From assembly GCA_964413865.1 (NCBI GenBank), contig CAYPUR010000003.1:1-53926 (forward strand): a stretch of DNA of 53,926 bases, written 5' to 3'. Source of the DNA: an uncultured Verrucomicrobiota bacterium. GTDB lineage: Bacteria > Verrucomicrobiota > Verrucomicrobiia > Limisphaerales > J093. Shown here piece after piece: positions 16,847 through 26,080 of the stretch; position 1 is the first letter of the stretch; each line of letters starts with the position of its first letter. Position numbers and translations under genes: made by a program. Under the pieces are notes generated by a model. It had not been told where the DNA came from and searched no databases. It was given only the letters and a program-made list of their open reading frames with translations.

Positions 16847-17806
16847 TCAATCGACTTTCACCACGCCGGCCAGCTCGGACACGGCCGTCTCGATGCGCTG
16901 GCGCTCCGGCCCGCGGAACCGATGGAACGGTTCGGCCATGAAATCGCTGCAGAGTCCCAGGCACGACGCGGCGCACTTGATCCCTTTGATGATGGCCGAC
17001 GGGTGTTTGCCGACGCGGTAGAGGCGGTTCGACACTTCAAGCACGCGCTCTTGCAGGCCGCGTTCGCGGGGGAGATCGCCCCGGCGCGCCGCTTCGTACA
17101 GCGCCACATAGAGCCTGGGGAAGAGATTCGCGCCGCCGCTCACTCCGCCGTGTCCGCCCATCAGCACCGACGGCCCGAGCAATTCCTCCGGCCCGATCAT
17201 CAACGTCCAGTCCGGCCTGGCCGGCAGCATGCGCAGGGCGCGGTTGAAATAGATCAGATCTCCCGAACTGTCCTTCATCCCCAGGATGTGCGGCTGGTCC
17301 ATCGCCCACCGGACCGTCTCGAGATCGAGCGCGACCTTGGTGAGCGCCGGCATGTTGTAGAGGTAAAGGGGCAACGGGAGTTCGGGCAGCAGATGATCCA
17401 CGTACTCCCGCAATTCGGGCTGGCCTTCCGGCATGTAATAGGGCGGCGCCAGCACCACCGCGCTGGCCCCGTGCTCGGCTGCCGCCCGCGCCATCCCTGC
17501 CGCCTCGACGAAGGCCGTGTCGGTGATCCCGACCAGGACGGGCGCCCGCCCGGCCACCTGGCGGCAGACCCGCCCGATCAGGTCGGTCCGGAGGCGGTAA
17601 CCGAGGCTGGGGCCCTCGCCGGTCGTGCCCAGGATGAAGAGGCCGTGCACCCCGCCGCCCAGCAGGTGCTCGATCAGCCGTTCCAAACCGGCGACATCGA
17701 GCGCGTCACGATTCTCGAGGGGCGTGATCATCGGCGGGATGATTCCGCGAAGCGGACGGGGCAGCGTGGTCGAATTCACGCGGTGTCTATGGGCCACTGC
17801 GGCCAA
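16847..17806 (-). CDS. Dihydrodipicolinate synthase/N-acetylneuraminate lyase family protein
   Basis: GIIPPMITPL and GLFILGTTGEGPSL are DapA-family motifs. The start is non-ATG (TTG 17806 or GTG 17779), because the conserved GIIPP precedes the first ATG. Confidence 0.8.
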   Translation of the reverse strand: MAAVAHRHRVNSTTLPRPLRGIIPPMITPLENRDALDVAGLERLIEHLLGGGVHGLFILGTTGEGPSLGYRLRTDLIGRVCRQVAGRAPVLVGITDTAFVEAAGMARAAAEHGASAVVLAPPYYMPEGQPELREYVDHLLPELPLPLYLYNMPALTKVALDLETVRWAMDQPHILGMKDSSGDLIYFNRALRMLPARPDWTLMIGPEELLGPSVLMGGHGGVSGGANLFPRLYVALYEAARRGDLPRERGLQERVLEVSNRLYRVGKHPSAIIKGIKCAASCLGLCSDFMAEPFHRFRGPERQRIETAVSELAGVVKVD

Positions 17807-17851
17807 TTAGTCGAGCACGACCCGATGCACCGTGTGTTCGACCGGTCCGGC

Positions 17852-19246
17852 TCACCCTTCCCGGTCGCGGGCGTACCAATCGATCTTTCGCGTGGCGTAC
17901 ATCACCGCCCCGAGGGCCAGGAACAGCGCCACCGTGCCGAACAGCAGCGAGTACTCCTGTTGCCGCAGGATGATGAAGAGATAGCCATAAATGACCGACA
18001 AACCCAGGGCCGTCAGCCAGGCCCGCCGCGCCCCGCGCAGCACAAAGGCGCTGTAGGCCGCGATCAGAGCCGTCGCCGCCCCCGCCCCCGCCGCGTACGC
18101 CCAGGTGAAAGGGACGATCTCGCTCAGGGAGAGGAGCGCCAGGTAAAAGAGGCAAAGGGCCGCCCCGACCAGCGTGTATTGGAAAGGATGCACCGGCACA
18201 AGGGCGCGCACTTCGAAGAGGAAGAACGCCGTGAACACAAGGGCGAGGAACAGAATGCCGTACTTGATCGAGCGTTCGACGTAGCGATAACTGTCCACCA
18301 CGGGAAGCACGCTCACCCCGAACAAAGAGCTGGAAAGCACCTCGCCCGAAAGCAGGTCGCCCTCGTGATCGGACCACTGCTGCGGATAGCCGCGCCCGTA
18401 GTAGCTCACCAGCCAATCCGCCTCGAACCCGCTCGCGCTGACCTTGCGCTCCGCCGGCAGGAACGCGCCGTCGAAACTCGGATCCGGAAAAGGCGACGTC
18501 AGCCGCACGCGGTTCGACATCCCGAACGGGGCGAAGCGCAGGCTCCCGCTGCCATTGAGATTGAGCGAAAACTCGAAGGCGATCGACTCGGCATCGAACG
18601 GCATCCCGGGCACACGCGCCCGGATCGTCGGCCCGAGACTCCCCGCCCTGCCGCCCGGGGCCAGGGTCAGCGTCTCCTCGCCCCATTTCACCCGCAACGC
18701 CTCGTTGGCCCCCCGCAGATCGGTGATCCCCATCACGACCGCGGCCTCGTCCCACAAAATGTCCTCCCCGGCCACCTTCCAGTCCGCAAACGACGGCTTG
18801 GCAAAGCGTCCCTTCACATCGAGGGCCGATCGGTACACCACCGCCTCGTAGATGCCCCGATGCAGGCGGTCCGGACGCAGATCGCCCGTGACCGAGAGGT
18901 CGATCGGCAGGAAATGCGCGCGGGCGACAACGGTCTCCGTGACCTCGTGCCGTTCCGCCCGGCCGTCGACGATCTGCTCCTTCCAGGCCTTCACGTGCCT
19001 CTGGTAAGGCACCACCAGAACCGGCCCCGCAACCACCTGTGGATTGCCCCAGGTCGATGTGATGTTGGCGATCGCTTCGCGGTGCCGCGCGCGCCGTTCG
19101 GAAAGAACGCCGCGAATCAGCGTCAGCGGCACCAATCCCAGCAGGATCAGACACCCGATCGCCGCCATCTTGAAGAGAATGCGGGTGCGGGCGGCCGGGC
19201 CGGGGGATCGTTCCGAGAATGCAGGCGAAGGGGAGGACGAGTTCAT
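17852..19246 (-). CDS. creD: CreD-like inner membrane protein
   Basis: N-terminal TM helix plus a large periplasmic domain plus a C-terminal cluster of TM helices. The overall layout matches the CreD family as I recall it. ATG at 19246. Confidence 0.6.
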   Translation of the reverse strand: MNSSSPSPAFSERSPGPAARTRILFKMAAIGCLILLGLVPLTLIRGVLSERRARHREAIANITSTWGNPQVVAGPVLVVPYQRHVKAWKEQIVDGRAERHEVTETVVARAHFLPIDLSVTGDLRPDRLHRGIYEAVVYRSALDVKGRFAKPSFADWKVAGEDILWDEAAVVMGITDLRGANEALRVKWGEETLTLAPGGRAGSLGPTIRARVPGMPFDAESIAFEFSLNLNGSGSLRFAPFGMSNRVRLTSPFPDPSFDGAFLPAERKVSASGFEADWLVSYYGRGYPQQWSDHEGDLLSGEVLSSSLFGVSVLPVVDSYRYVERSIKYGILFLALVFTAFFLFEVRALVPVHPFQYTLVGAALCLFYLALLSLSEIVPFTWAYAAGAGAATALIAAYSAFVLRGARRAWLTALGLSVIYGYLFIILRQQEYSLLFGTVALFLALGAVMYATRKIDWYARDREG

Positions 19247-19659
19247 GATGGGCCTTTCTTGAGTTGAGACATGGCTGCACCGAGGATCCACTGGATCGAC
19301 TGGCAACTGCGAGCGTTCATGGCGATGACGGCGACGCAATGGGAATACGCCAGCTTCACATACTTTGCAATACAAAGTTCAACGCAGTGTTCGTGTCCCG
19401 GGAGCGCATCCGGCGCCCGGCGCCGCCCTCACGACCCGCGCGCCGAAATCCTCGCCTCGGGCCACCAGGAAGAGCGCGAAGGCGAGCACCGAGGTCAGGA
19501 TGGGGTCTCGGCTATTCCCTAAAACAGCACTGCGGTCCGCACATCGCCGCTCCTTCGTGTTCTTCAATTCTTCGTGGTGAAAACCCAGTCATTCCCGAAC
19601 ACCTGAAGGCGGCGGTCGGGGGCACAAACGCGCCATTGCGCGCGGGCCCGGGCTCGGTC

Positions 19660-21243
19660 ATGCTGCGGTCCATGCACGAGCCTGGACAACTGGACGAGCT
19701 GATGATCTGCCGCCTGGATGCGGGGCGCCGGGAGCTGACGCCGTGCACGGTCGTGATTTTCGGGGCGAGCGGCGATCTGACGGCGCGCAAACTGATCCCG
19801 GCGTTGTACCATCTGCATCGGGACAGGCAATTGCCGGAACCGTTTCGCGTGGTCGGCTTCGCCCGAAGAGAGAAGACGGATGATTCGTGGCGGGCCGAAC
19901 TGGGGGAGGCGATGGCGCAGTTTTCCAGAACCAAGCCGGTGGATGCGGCGGAATGGGAGACGTTTGGGCGGAGGCTTTCGTATTGCCGGGGGGATGTGGA
20001 CGACCTGGCGGCCTACAAAAGGCTGGCCGAACACCTCGGCGCCTTCGGTGATCCGCGGCTGAGCCGCAATCTCCTTTTTTATCTTGCGGTTTCGCCGAGC
20101 CAATTCGGGGGCGTGGTTGGGCGGTTGGGAGAGGTCGGGCTGCTGCAGCGGGATCCGGAGCCGTCGTTTTGGCAGCGGGTGGTGGTCGAGAAGCCTTTTG
20201 GCCACGACCTGGCCTCGGCGCGGGGCCTCAACGCGGATCTGACGGGCTCGGTGCACGAGAAGAGCATCTTTCGCATCGATCATTACCTCGGCAAGGAGAC
20301 GGTGCAGAACATCCTGATGTTCCGGTTTTCGAACGCGATCTTCGAGCAGATCTGGTCGCGGCAGTCCGTGGATCACGTGCAGATCACGGTGAGCGAGACG
20401 CACGGCGTGGGGGAGCGGGGCGGGTATTACGAGGAGGCCGGGGCGTTGCGTGACATGGTGCAGAATCACCTGCTGCAAGTGCTGGCGCTCGTGGCGATGG
20501 AGCCGCCGGTGTCGCTCGCGGCCGAATCGGTTCGCGATGAAAAGGTGAAACTGCTCGAGTCGATCCGGCCCATCCCGCCTGCGTCCGTGGCGCGGCAGGT
20601 GGTTCGGGGGCAGTACATGGCCGGGCCCGGCAGCGACAGCAGCAGCGAGCCGGTCCCGGGTTACCGTCAGGAATTGAAGGTCAAGCCGGACTCGAGCGTG
20701 GAGACATACGTGGCGCTCAAGCTCGCGATCGACAACTGGCGCTGGTCGGGTGTGCCCTTTTATCTGCGGACCGGCAAGCGCCTCCCGCTGGGCGCCAGCG
20801 AGGTGCGCGTCGAATTCCGGCGGACGCCGACCGTTCTTTTTGCGGCGCAGTGCGGGCCGACGCTCGACGCGAACGCGCTCACGCTGCGGCTGCAGCCCGA
20901 CGAGGGGATTTCGCTTCGCTTCAACGGGAAGGTGCCGGGGGCCAGCACGGCGCTGCGGCCGGTGCGCATGCACTTCTCGTACGACGTCACCTTTGGCGCC
21001 TACACACCGGAGGCGTACGAACGGCTGCTTCTCGAGGCGCTGGGCGGGGACGCCACGCTGTTCATACGACGGGACGAGGTCGAGACAGCCTGGGGTATCG
21101 TGGACGCGATCCGCGAAGGATGGGCGGGGCAACCGCTCACCGCCCGGGAGTTCTACGCCGCCGGAAGCTGGGGGCCAGTGGCGGCCGACGCGTTGCTGGC
21201 GTCCGACGGGCGCGTGTGGCGCAATCCCTACCCGATCGTGTGA
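19660..21243 (+). CDS. zwf: Glucose-6-phosphate dehydrogenase
   Basis: Motifs VIFGASGDLTARKLIPALY and RIDHYLGKE. ATG at 19660 (alternative 19672). Confidence 0.9.
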   Translation: MLRSMHEPGQLDELMICRLDAGRRELTPCTVVIFGASGDLTARKLIPALYHLHRDRQLPEPFRVVGFARREKTDDSWRAELGEAMAQFSRTKPVDAAEWETFGRRLSYCRGDVDDLAAYKRLAEHLGAFGDPRLSRNLLFYLAVSPSQFGGVVGRLGEVGLLQRDPEPSFWQRVVVEKPFGHDLASARGLNADLTGSVHEKSIFRIDHYLGKETVQNILMFRFSNAIFEQIWSRQSVDHVQITVSETHGVGERGGYYEEAGALRDMVQNHLLQVLALVAMEPPVSLAAESVRDEKVKLLESIRPIPPASVARQVVRGQYMAGPGSDSSSEPVPGYRQELKVKPDSSVETYVALKLAIDNWRWSGVPFYLRTGKRLPLGASEVRVEFRRTPTVLFAAQCGPTLDANALTLRLQPDEGISLRFNGKVPGASTALRPVRMHFSYDVTFGAYTPEAYERLLLEALGGDATLFIRRDEVETAWGIVDAIREGWAGQPLTAREFYAAGSWGPVAADALLASDGRVWRNPYPIV

Positions 21244-21261
21244 GACACCGGTCTTCAGTCG

Positions 21262-22002
21262 ATGAACACCATCGAGTTGCTGCCCTTTCCTGACGCCGCC
21301 TCGCTGGCCGCTGCGGCCGGTCGGAGATGGGCGGCCGAGGTGACGGCCGGGGCGACCCACGGCAAGGCCTTCTCGGTGGCCCTGTCCGGGGGGCGAATTG
21401 CCGCTCCGCTGTATGCGGCTGCGGTTGCAGCCTCGAGAGGCGGGGGCGATCTCTGGCGCGAGGTCGAGTTCTTTTTCGCCGACGAACGCTGGGTGCCGCT
21501 GGACGATCCGGAGAGCAACTATCGCCTCGCCCGCGAGCATCTGTTCGATCCGCTCGGGATCGCCGATCGGCGCATTCATCCGTTCTCCGTCAGTGCGGAC
21601 ACCGAGTTCGCGGTGGCTCAGGCCCAGGCGGAAGTCCTGCGCGCCACAACGATGAGCCAAAGCGGGGATCCCATGTTCGATCTGGTGCTGCTCGGCATGG
21701 GCGAAGACGGGCATGTCGCGTCGCTCTTTCCCGACGCGCCCCCGGCGGTGATCGAGAGCCGGGCCGTGTACCTGGCTGTGACCGGCCCGAAGCCGCCCCC
21801 GCGGCGGGTGACCCTCAGTTATGCCGTCCTGGCCGCCGCGCGCCGCGTCTGGGTTCTGGCGTCCGGGCCGGGGAAACGGGCGGCGCTCGAAGCCTCGCTG
21901 GCCCCCGGGGGAAGGACGCCGTTGGCGCGCGTGCTGCAGTCACGCAAGCAGACGGTGATCCTGACCGATGTCGCGTTCATTGACCGAGGACGCGCAGGAT
22001 GA
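21262..22002 (+). CDS. pgl: 6-phosphogluconolactonase
   Basis: Motifs FFFADERWVP and LLGMGEDGHVASLFP. It lies directly after zwf. Confidence 0.9.
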   Translation: MNTIELLPFPDAASLAAAAGRRWAAEVTAGATHGKAFSVALSGGRIAAPLYAAAVAASRGGGDLWREVEFFFADERWVPLDDPESNYRLAREHLFDPLGIADRRIHPFSVSADTEFAVAQAQAEVLRATTMSQSGDPMFDLVLLGMGEDGHVASLFPDAPPAVIESRAVYLAVTGPKPPPRRVTLSYAVLAAARRVWVLASGPGKRAALEASLAPGGRTPLARVLQSRKQTVILTDVAFIDRGRAG

Positions 22003-22795
22003 TCTCGACCGGGCTGTCCTCGCGGGGCAGGGCTTTGCCACGGACCTGGTGGATCTCGTCGTCGCTGCGATCGGGCCAGGGATTGTTCACCAGGGCGGAG
22101 GCGTCGGTGATGAGGGAGACGATCGATCCGCCGCGCTGCGCGGCGAAGTCGCCGTTGACCAGAAACGATCCGTTGTAGAGCCAGCCGCGCGATCCGCCCG
22201 AGCGGGCCGGGGACTCGATCTTGACGAAGTCCGCGAGCGGGCGCCGCACCTCCTTGCGTCCGCGCTGCCATCCGACCTCGATGCCGATGCGGTCTCCTGG
22301 GAGGGGGCTGCGGGGGTCGTCGTGCAGGAAGTTCGTGTTTGCGGGCTTGACGCCGAGCAGGAGCATGGCGAGGTGGATGTCGCGGGGCGCAGCCTCGGTG
22401 CGGAAGATGCTCTCGTGCACCTTGCCGGTGGTCGTCACCACCGCGTACTCGATGAGGCCGGCGCGTTGGTTGACGGCGGCGGGAAACCGCGCCGTGCGCG
22501 CGGTCCGATCGAGCGTAACGAGTCCGATCCGGTGAATGCCGGAGCCGAAATCAACGGAACAGGCTTCAGGTGCATGGAGACTGAGGATTCCCTTCCCAGG
22601 AACGCGTTGCGCCCATGAACCCGTCATGGCGGGGGACGAGACGTCCCCCCTCCTGAAAGGTTCCTGGGAAGCGGTTGCATCGCCGGGCGCGCTGGCGGCC
22701 TGGGGCGGGAGTGCGCCCAGCAGGAGCGCCAGGAAGATGCCGCGCGGGCCGGATCCGGGGCGGCGGCGCCCGGGCGAGGCCGGTGGTGCGGTCAT
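21977..22795 (-). CDS. Secreted hypothetical protein
   Basis: ATG 22795 overlaps the stop of the upstream gene (ATGA). It has a signal-like N-terminus MTAPPASPGRRRPGSGPRGIFLALLLGALPPQAAS and non-repetitive globular composition afterwards. The track's 528-aa form is an upstream extension. Confidence 0.6.
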   Translation of the reverse strand: MTAPPASPGRRRPGSGPRGIFLALLLGALPPQAASAPGDATASQEPFRRGDVSSPAMTGSWAQRVPGKGILSLHAPEACSVDFGSGIHRIGLVTLDRTARTARFPAAVNQRAGLIEYAVVTTTGKVHESIFRTEAAPRDIHLAMLLLGVKPANTNFLHDDPRSPLPGDRIGIEVGWQRGRKEVRRPLADFVKIESPARSGGSRGWLYNGSFLVNGDFAAQRGGSIVSLITDASALVNNPWPDRSDDEIHQVRGKALPREDSPVEIILRVLGQ

Positions 22796-24018
22796 TGGAG
22801 GGCGGCGCGGCTGCGGGCCAGGGCGATCAGGGCAAAGCCCGTGCCATACGGCTGGTGATAATCGTAGAAGGGGTAATCCCACCAGGACCCGTCCTTTTCC
22901 TGAAGCGGGAGCAGGATCGCCGCCAATCGCGCGTGGTGTGCCCGGGCGCGTTCGGGTTCGAGTTCGTCGGCGCACAGGGCGGCGTAGAAATGGCCGTAGT
23001 AATAAAAATAGCCGGCCACCTGGAACCACGATTCGTGGGGGACGGGGCGCTTGCGTCCGATGGAGAGCCAGCCGATGCGGTCGTTGAAGCGTTCGAGCCA
23101 CGTATCGAGGACGGTGTCGGTGATGTTGGTCTCGCCCCACCAGCGGAGGGCGATGTTGCAGGCCTGGGAGCGGCCCAGGCTGCCGGCCGGGCGATTGATG
23201 CCGCGCATGGGCCGCCACTTCAGATCCTCCGAGTAGGCATAGCTGAAGTCGGGCTTCTGCTGGCGTTTGAGGGACGCCACACCACGATCGACGAGGCCCT
23301 GTGGAATCTCGATTCCGATCTGTTTGGCTTCCCGGAACGCCACGAGGACGGTGGCAGTCACGAAGCTGGTGGAATCGGCGGCCGGCTGCTGCGCGCCCAC
23401 CCGGAAGTCGTAATAGCCCCAGCCGCCGTCGACCGATTCGTAGCGGCGCAGCAGACCGATCTGGCCGCGGATGACATCGGCGATGAGTTGCCGGCGGTCG
23501 GAATCGGGGGATGCATGGCGGTGCATGGCTGCCAGGGCCTGGATGCCGTAGGCGTGGCCCCACACATTGTAGAGCGCCACGGCATCGGCACGGCGCAGGC
23601 GGGGCAGGTTGTCGAGCAGCCAGGCCTCGCCGAGTTCGAGCGCCGCACGCACGGTCGGGTCGCGGTCCGCTGCGCCCGTTTCGATCAGGGCCTGCACGGC
23701 CAGCGCGGTCACGCCGGACCGAAACGCCTCATGCGCACCCGGCACGGGCGCGAAGATGTTGAGGTTTTTTGTGCGGCGGGCCGATCCCCACGAGCCGTTC
23801 TTGTTCTGGCTCTCGAGCAGGAACCGGACACCGCGGTCCACGGCGCGGTCCATGACTGCGGCGCTGGGCGGCGCGTTGGTGTCGGCGCGGGCGCGGGCAA
23901 GGGCGAAGCCGCAGAGCGCCAAACAGAGCAGCAGCCCGAGGGCCCCTAGCCTGCATTTCTCACCAGTGGGGCGGTCGCGGCATTCCTGACGGTTCGTGGG
24001 TGAGATTTCCGGGTCCAT
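22792..24018 (-). CDS. Secreted prenyltransferase/squalene-cyclase-repeat (alpha/alpha toroid) protein
   Basis: Signal peptide followed by repeated QW-like motifs: SQNKNGSWGS, ESVDGGWGYYD, LQEKDGSWWDY. ATG at 24018 (alternative 24060). Confidence 0.65.
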   Translation of the reverse strand: MDPEISPTNRQECRDRPTGEKCRLGALGLLLCLALCGFALARARADTNAPPSAAVMDRAVDRGVRFLLESQNKNGSWGSARRTKNLNIFAPVPGAHEAFRSGVTALAVQALIETGAADRDPTVRAALELGEAWLLDNLPRLRRADAVALYNVWGHAYGIQALAAMHRHASPDSDRRQLIADVIRGQIGLLRRYESVDGGWGYYDFRVGAQQPAADSTSFVTATVLVAFREAKQIGIEIPQGLVDRGVASLKRQQKPDFSYAYSEDLKWRPMRGINRPAGSLGRSQACNIALRWWGETNITDTVLDTWLERFNDRIGWLSIGRKRPVPHESWFQVAGYFYYYGHFYAALCADELEPERARAHHARLAAILLPLQEKDGSWWDYPFYDYHQPYGTGFALIALARSRAALQ

Positions 24019-24071
24019 GGAACGCGACCTGATTTCGGTGTCGAGGTTCAAGGGAAGCATCGCATCGGCGT

Positions 24072-25613
24072 CTACTCGGGCTTCGAGAGCAGAATCGTGT
24101 CTCCTTCGGCAAGGCCTTCGACGATCTCGATGTTCTTGCCGTCCGATTCGCCGGTGCGGACCGAGCGTTTCTCGGCCTTGCCGTTGGCGACGCGGACAAA
24201 GACATGTTTGCCGTCCCCTTCGCCGAACACAGCCTGAACGGGCGCGACCAGGGCGTTGGCTGAGGTCGAGTCGGTGAGCGTGACCTTGCAGTTCATGCCC
24301 GGCTGCAATTCCGCCGGGCCGCCGGGAGCGAGGCTGAGGGTTGCGCCGAAGCCCCCGGTCACGAGGGGGACACGGTCCACGGACTCGATCCTGACGGGCA
24401 CTATGCGATTCGGGAGGGCGACAGGCGCGGCCTCGCCCGTCATGCCGATCCTGGTCTTGCCAAGGTCGGCCTCGGGCACGACGGCCTTGATCTGAAAGCG
24501 GTCGGGGTTGACCACGGTCATGAAGATCTCGTAGGGGGCGAGCTTCCCACCGCGCACGAGCTTCTTGGTCACCACCGGCCCGGTGGTCCATTTGCCGGCT
24601 TCGCAGGCCCCGTGCATGACGACGCCGTCCGCGGGCGCCCGGACATCCAGGGCCGCCAGATCCGTCTTGAGATCGTCGAGCCGCTTCTGGGCCTTCTTCT
24701 GATCGCGGGCCAGTTTCTCGACCTCGAGCTGTTTTCGTGTGAGGGCCTTCGGAAGCGTCTCCTCGGCGAGTGCGAGCGCCAGTTCCTGGTCTCGCTTCTG
24801 GGACAGCAGGTTCTCGGTCTCGCGCGGAATAGCGGTCTCGAGCTCGCGCTCGGTGGTGGCCCGGAGATTATCGAGGCTGAACCTGGCTGTCTCGACCTCG
24901 AACTCCTGGCGTTTGAGGATGATCTCCTCCGTCTGCTCGGTGAGATCGTCGGCCTCGTACATCTGGCGGAGCTGCTTGAGTTCCTCGGCGGCGTTGGCGA
25001 GGCGTTGTTCGGCGCTCTTGACGTTGAAGTTGGCCGACCTGATCCGCCGCTCTCGCCCCTGCGTCTCGAAATACTCCTGGTCCTCGTCCACGACACGGCG
25101 GCTGCGGCGGGCGGCGGCGAGCCGTTGCGGCGTTGTGTCCTTGAGGCTGGCGAGTTCGGCGCGAGCCAGTTCGAGGGCGATCGCCGCGCCCGGCGCGTCC
25201 TGTTCGAGGTCGGCGATCTGCTCGCGCAGCTTGTCGGTGTCGAGTCGCACAAGCGCATCGCCGGCCCTCACGGGCGCTCCATGAGACACCGCCTCCACAA
25301 CCGTCAGATCCGCCCACGCCTTCGGTTCGAGGCGGACGGGATGCATTTCGACGGCTTCGAGCACTGCGTCGAACTGGACGACGCGTTTGATCGAGCCGCG
25401 CCCGGTGACATGCGAAGCCGGTTCCTTCGGCGCAGCGGGCGCCGCGGCGGCGGGCGCGGCGTCCGGCTTGCACGAACCAGCGGGCGCCGCGGCCGCAGGG
25501 ACGACCGCGGCCGTTGATCGACCGGGGGATGTTGATTTGCAGCCCACGGATGCCAGGGATACGACAACGATCAGGGCCGCAACGGAGCAAGGCGATGAAC
25601 GGGGAGAACGCAT
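24072..25613 (-). CDS. HlyD/membrane-fusion-family periplasmic adaptor lipoprotein
   Basis: Lipobox LASVGC, lipoyl-like VRAGDALVRLDTDKL ... LDVRAPADGVVMHG, a long coiled coil and a beta-barrel C-terminus. ATG at 25613. Confidence 0.8.
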   Translation of the reverse strand: MRSPRSSPCSVAALIVVVSLASVGCKSTSPGRSTAAVVPAAAAPAGSCKPDAAPAAAAPAAPKEPASHVTGRGSIKRVVQFDAVLEAVEMHPVRLEPKAWADLTVVEAVSHGAPVRAGDALVRLDTDKLREQIADLEQDAPGAAIALELARAELASLKDTTPQRLAAARRSRRVVDEDQEYFETQGRERRIRSANFNVKSAEQRLANAAEELKQLRQMYEADDLTEQTEEIILKRQEFEVETARFSLDNLRATTERELETAIPRETENLLSQKRDQELALALAEETLPKALTRKQLEVEKLARDQKKAQKRLDDLKTDLAALDVRAPADGVVMHGACEAGKWTTGPVVTKKLVRGGKLAPYEIFMTVVNPDRFQIKAVVPEADLGKTRIGMTGEAAPVALPNRIVPVRIESVDRVPLVTGGFGATLSLAPGGPAELQPGMNCKVTLTDSTSANALVAPVQAVFGEGDGKHVFVRVANGKAEKRSVRTGESDGKNIEIVEGLAEGDTILLSKPE

Positions 25614-25895
25614 ATTACCAGGTGTAAGGCGAGAAGTGTAACGCGAGAACACGGCCCGCTTCTAGAGCAGACGCGGCAAAGACACAAGTCCGGGTTGAGG
25701 CGCTCGCCGGGCCGGAGCATCTGGAGGTTGTCGATGGAAATCGAGTCTGCGCCGCGTGGGGGCCTGCCTGCCGCGCCGCTGCGCATTGCGGCGCAGGCAG
25801 GGCACGCGGCCTACACCGGCAATCTCCATCCGTTGTCGGCCCGGTGCCCTCACCGGGCGACAGAACACCGACAACAACCAGATGCCCCGCGACCG

Positions 25896-26031
25896 CAGCA
25901 GTTCTCATTTTGCGTGCAGGGGCTTGACGCCGGGTGAGGGCACCCGGCCTACAGCATCGAAGAATGCAGCGGTTGTAGGCCGGGTCCCCCGACCCGGCGC
26001 CCTGAGCGCTCTCAAAACGAGAACCGCTGCC
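25896..26031. repeat. Repeat family A, full copy
   Basis: Terminal inverted repeats are cagcagttctcattttg and ctcaaaacgagaaccgctg (2 mismatches). Internal hairpins are gccgggtg/cacccggc and gccgggtc/gacccggc. Confidence 0.85.
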
Positions 26032-26080
26032 GCGACCGGGGTGTTGAGATGCGGGCGATGGCGTGGTATTGACTGGGCGC

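Noticed and set aside
16796-19267. An 823-aa plus-strand ORF
   Set aside because: It is entirely antisense to the well-supported DapA-family and CreD-like genes. Its extreme R/G/P/H/Q composition is typical of a high-GC shadow ORF.
19564-21714. A 716-aa minus-strand ORF
   Set aside because: It is antisense to zwf and pgl, which have unambiguous catalytic motifs, and has R/P/G-rich shadow composition.
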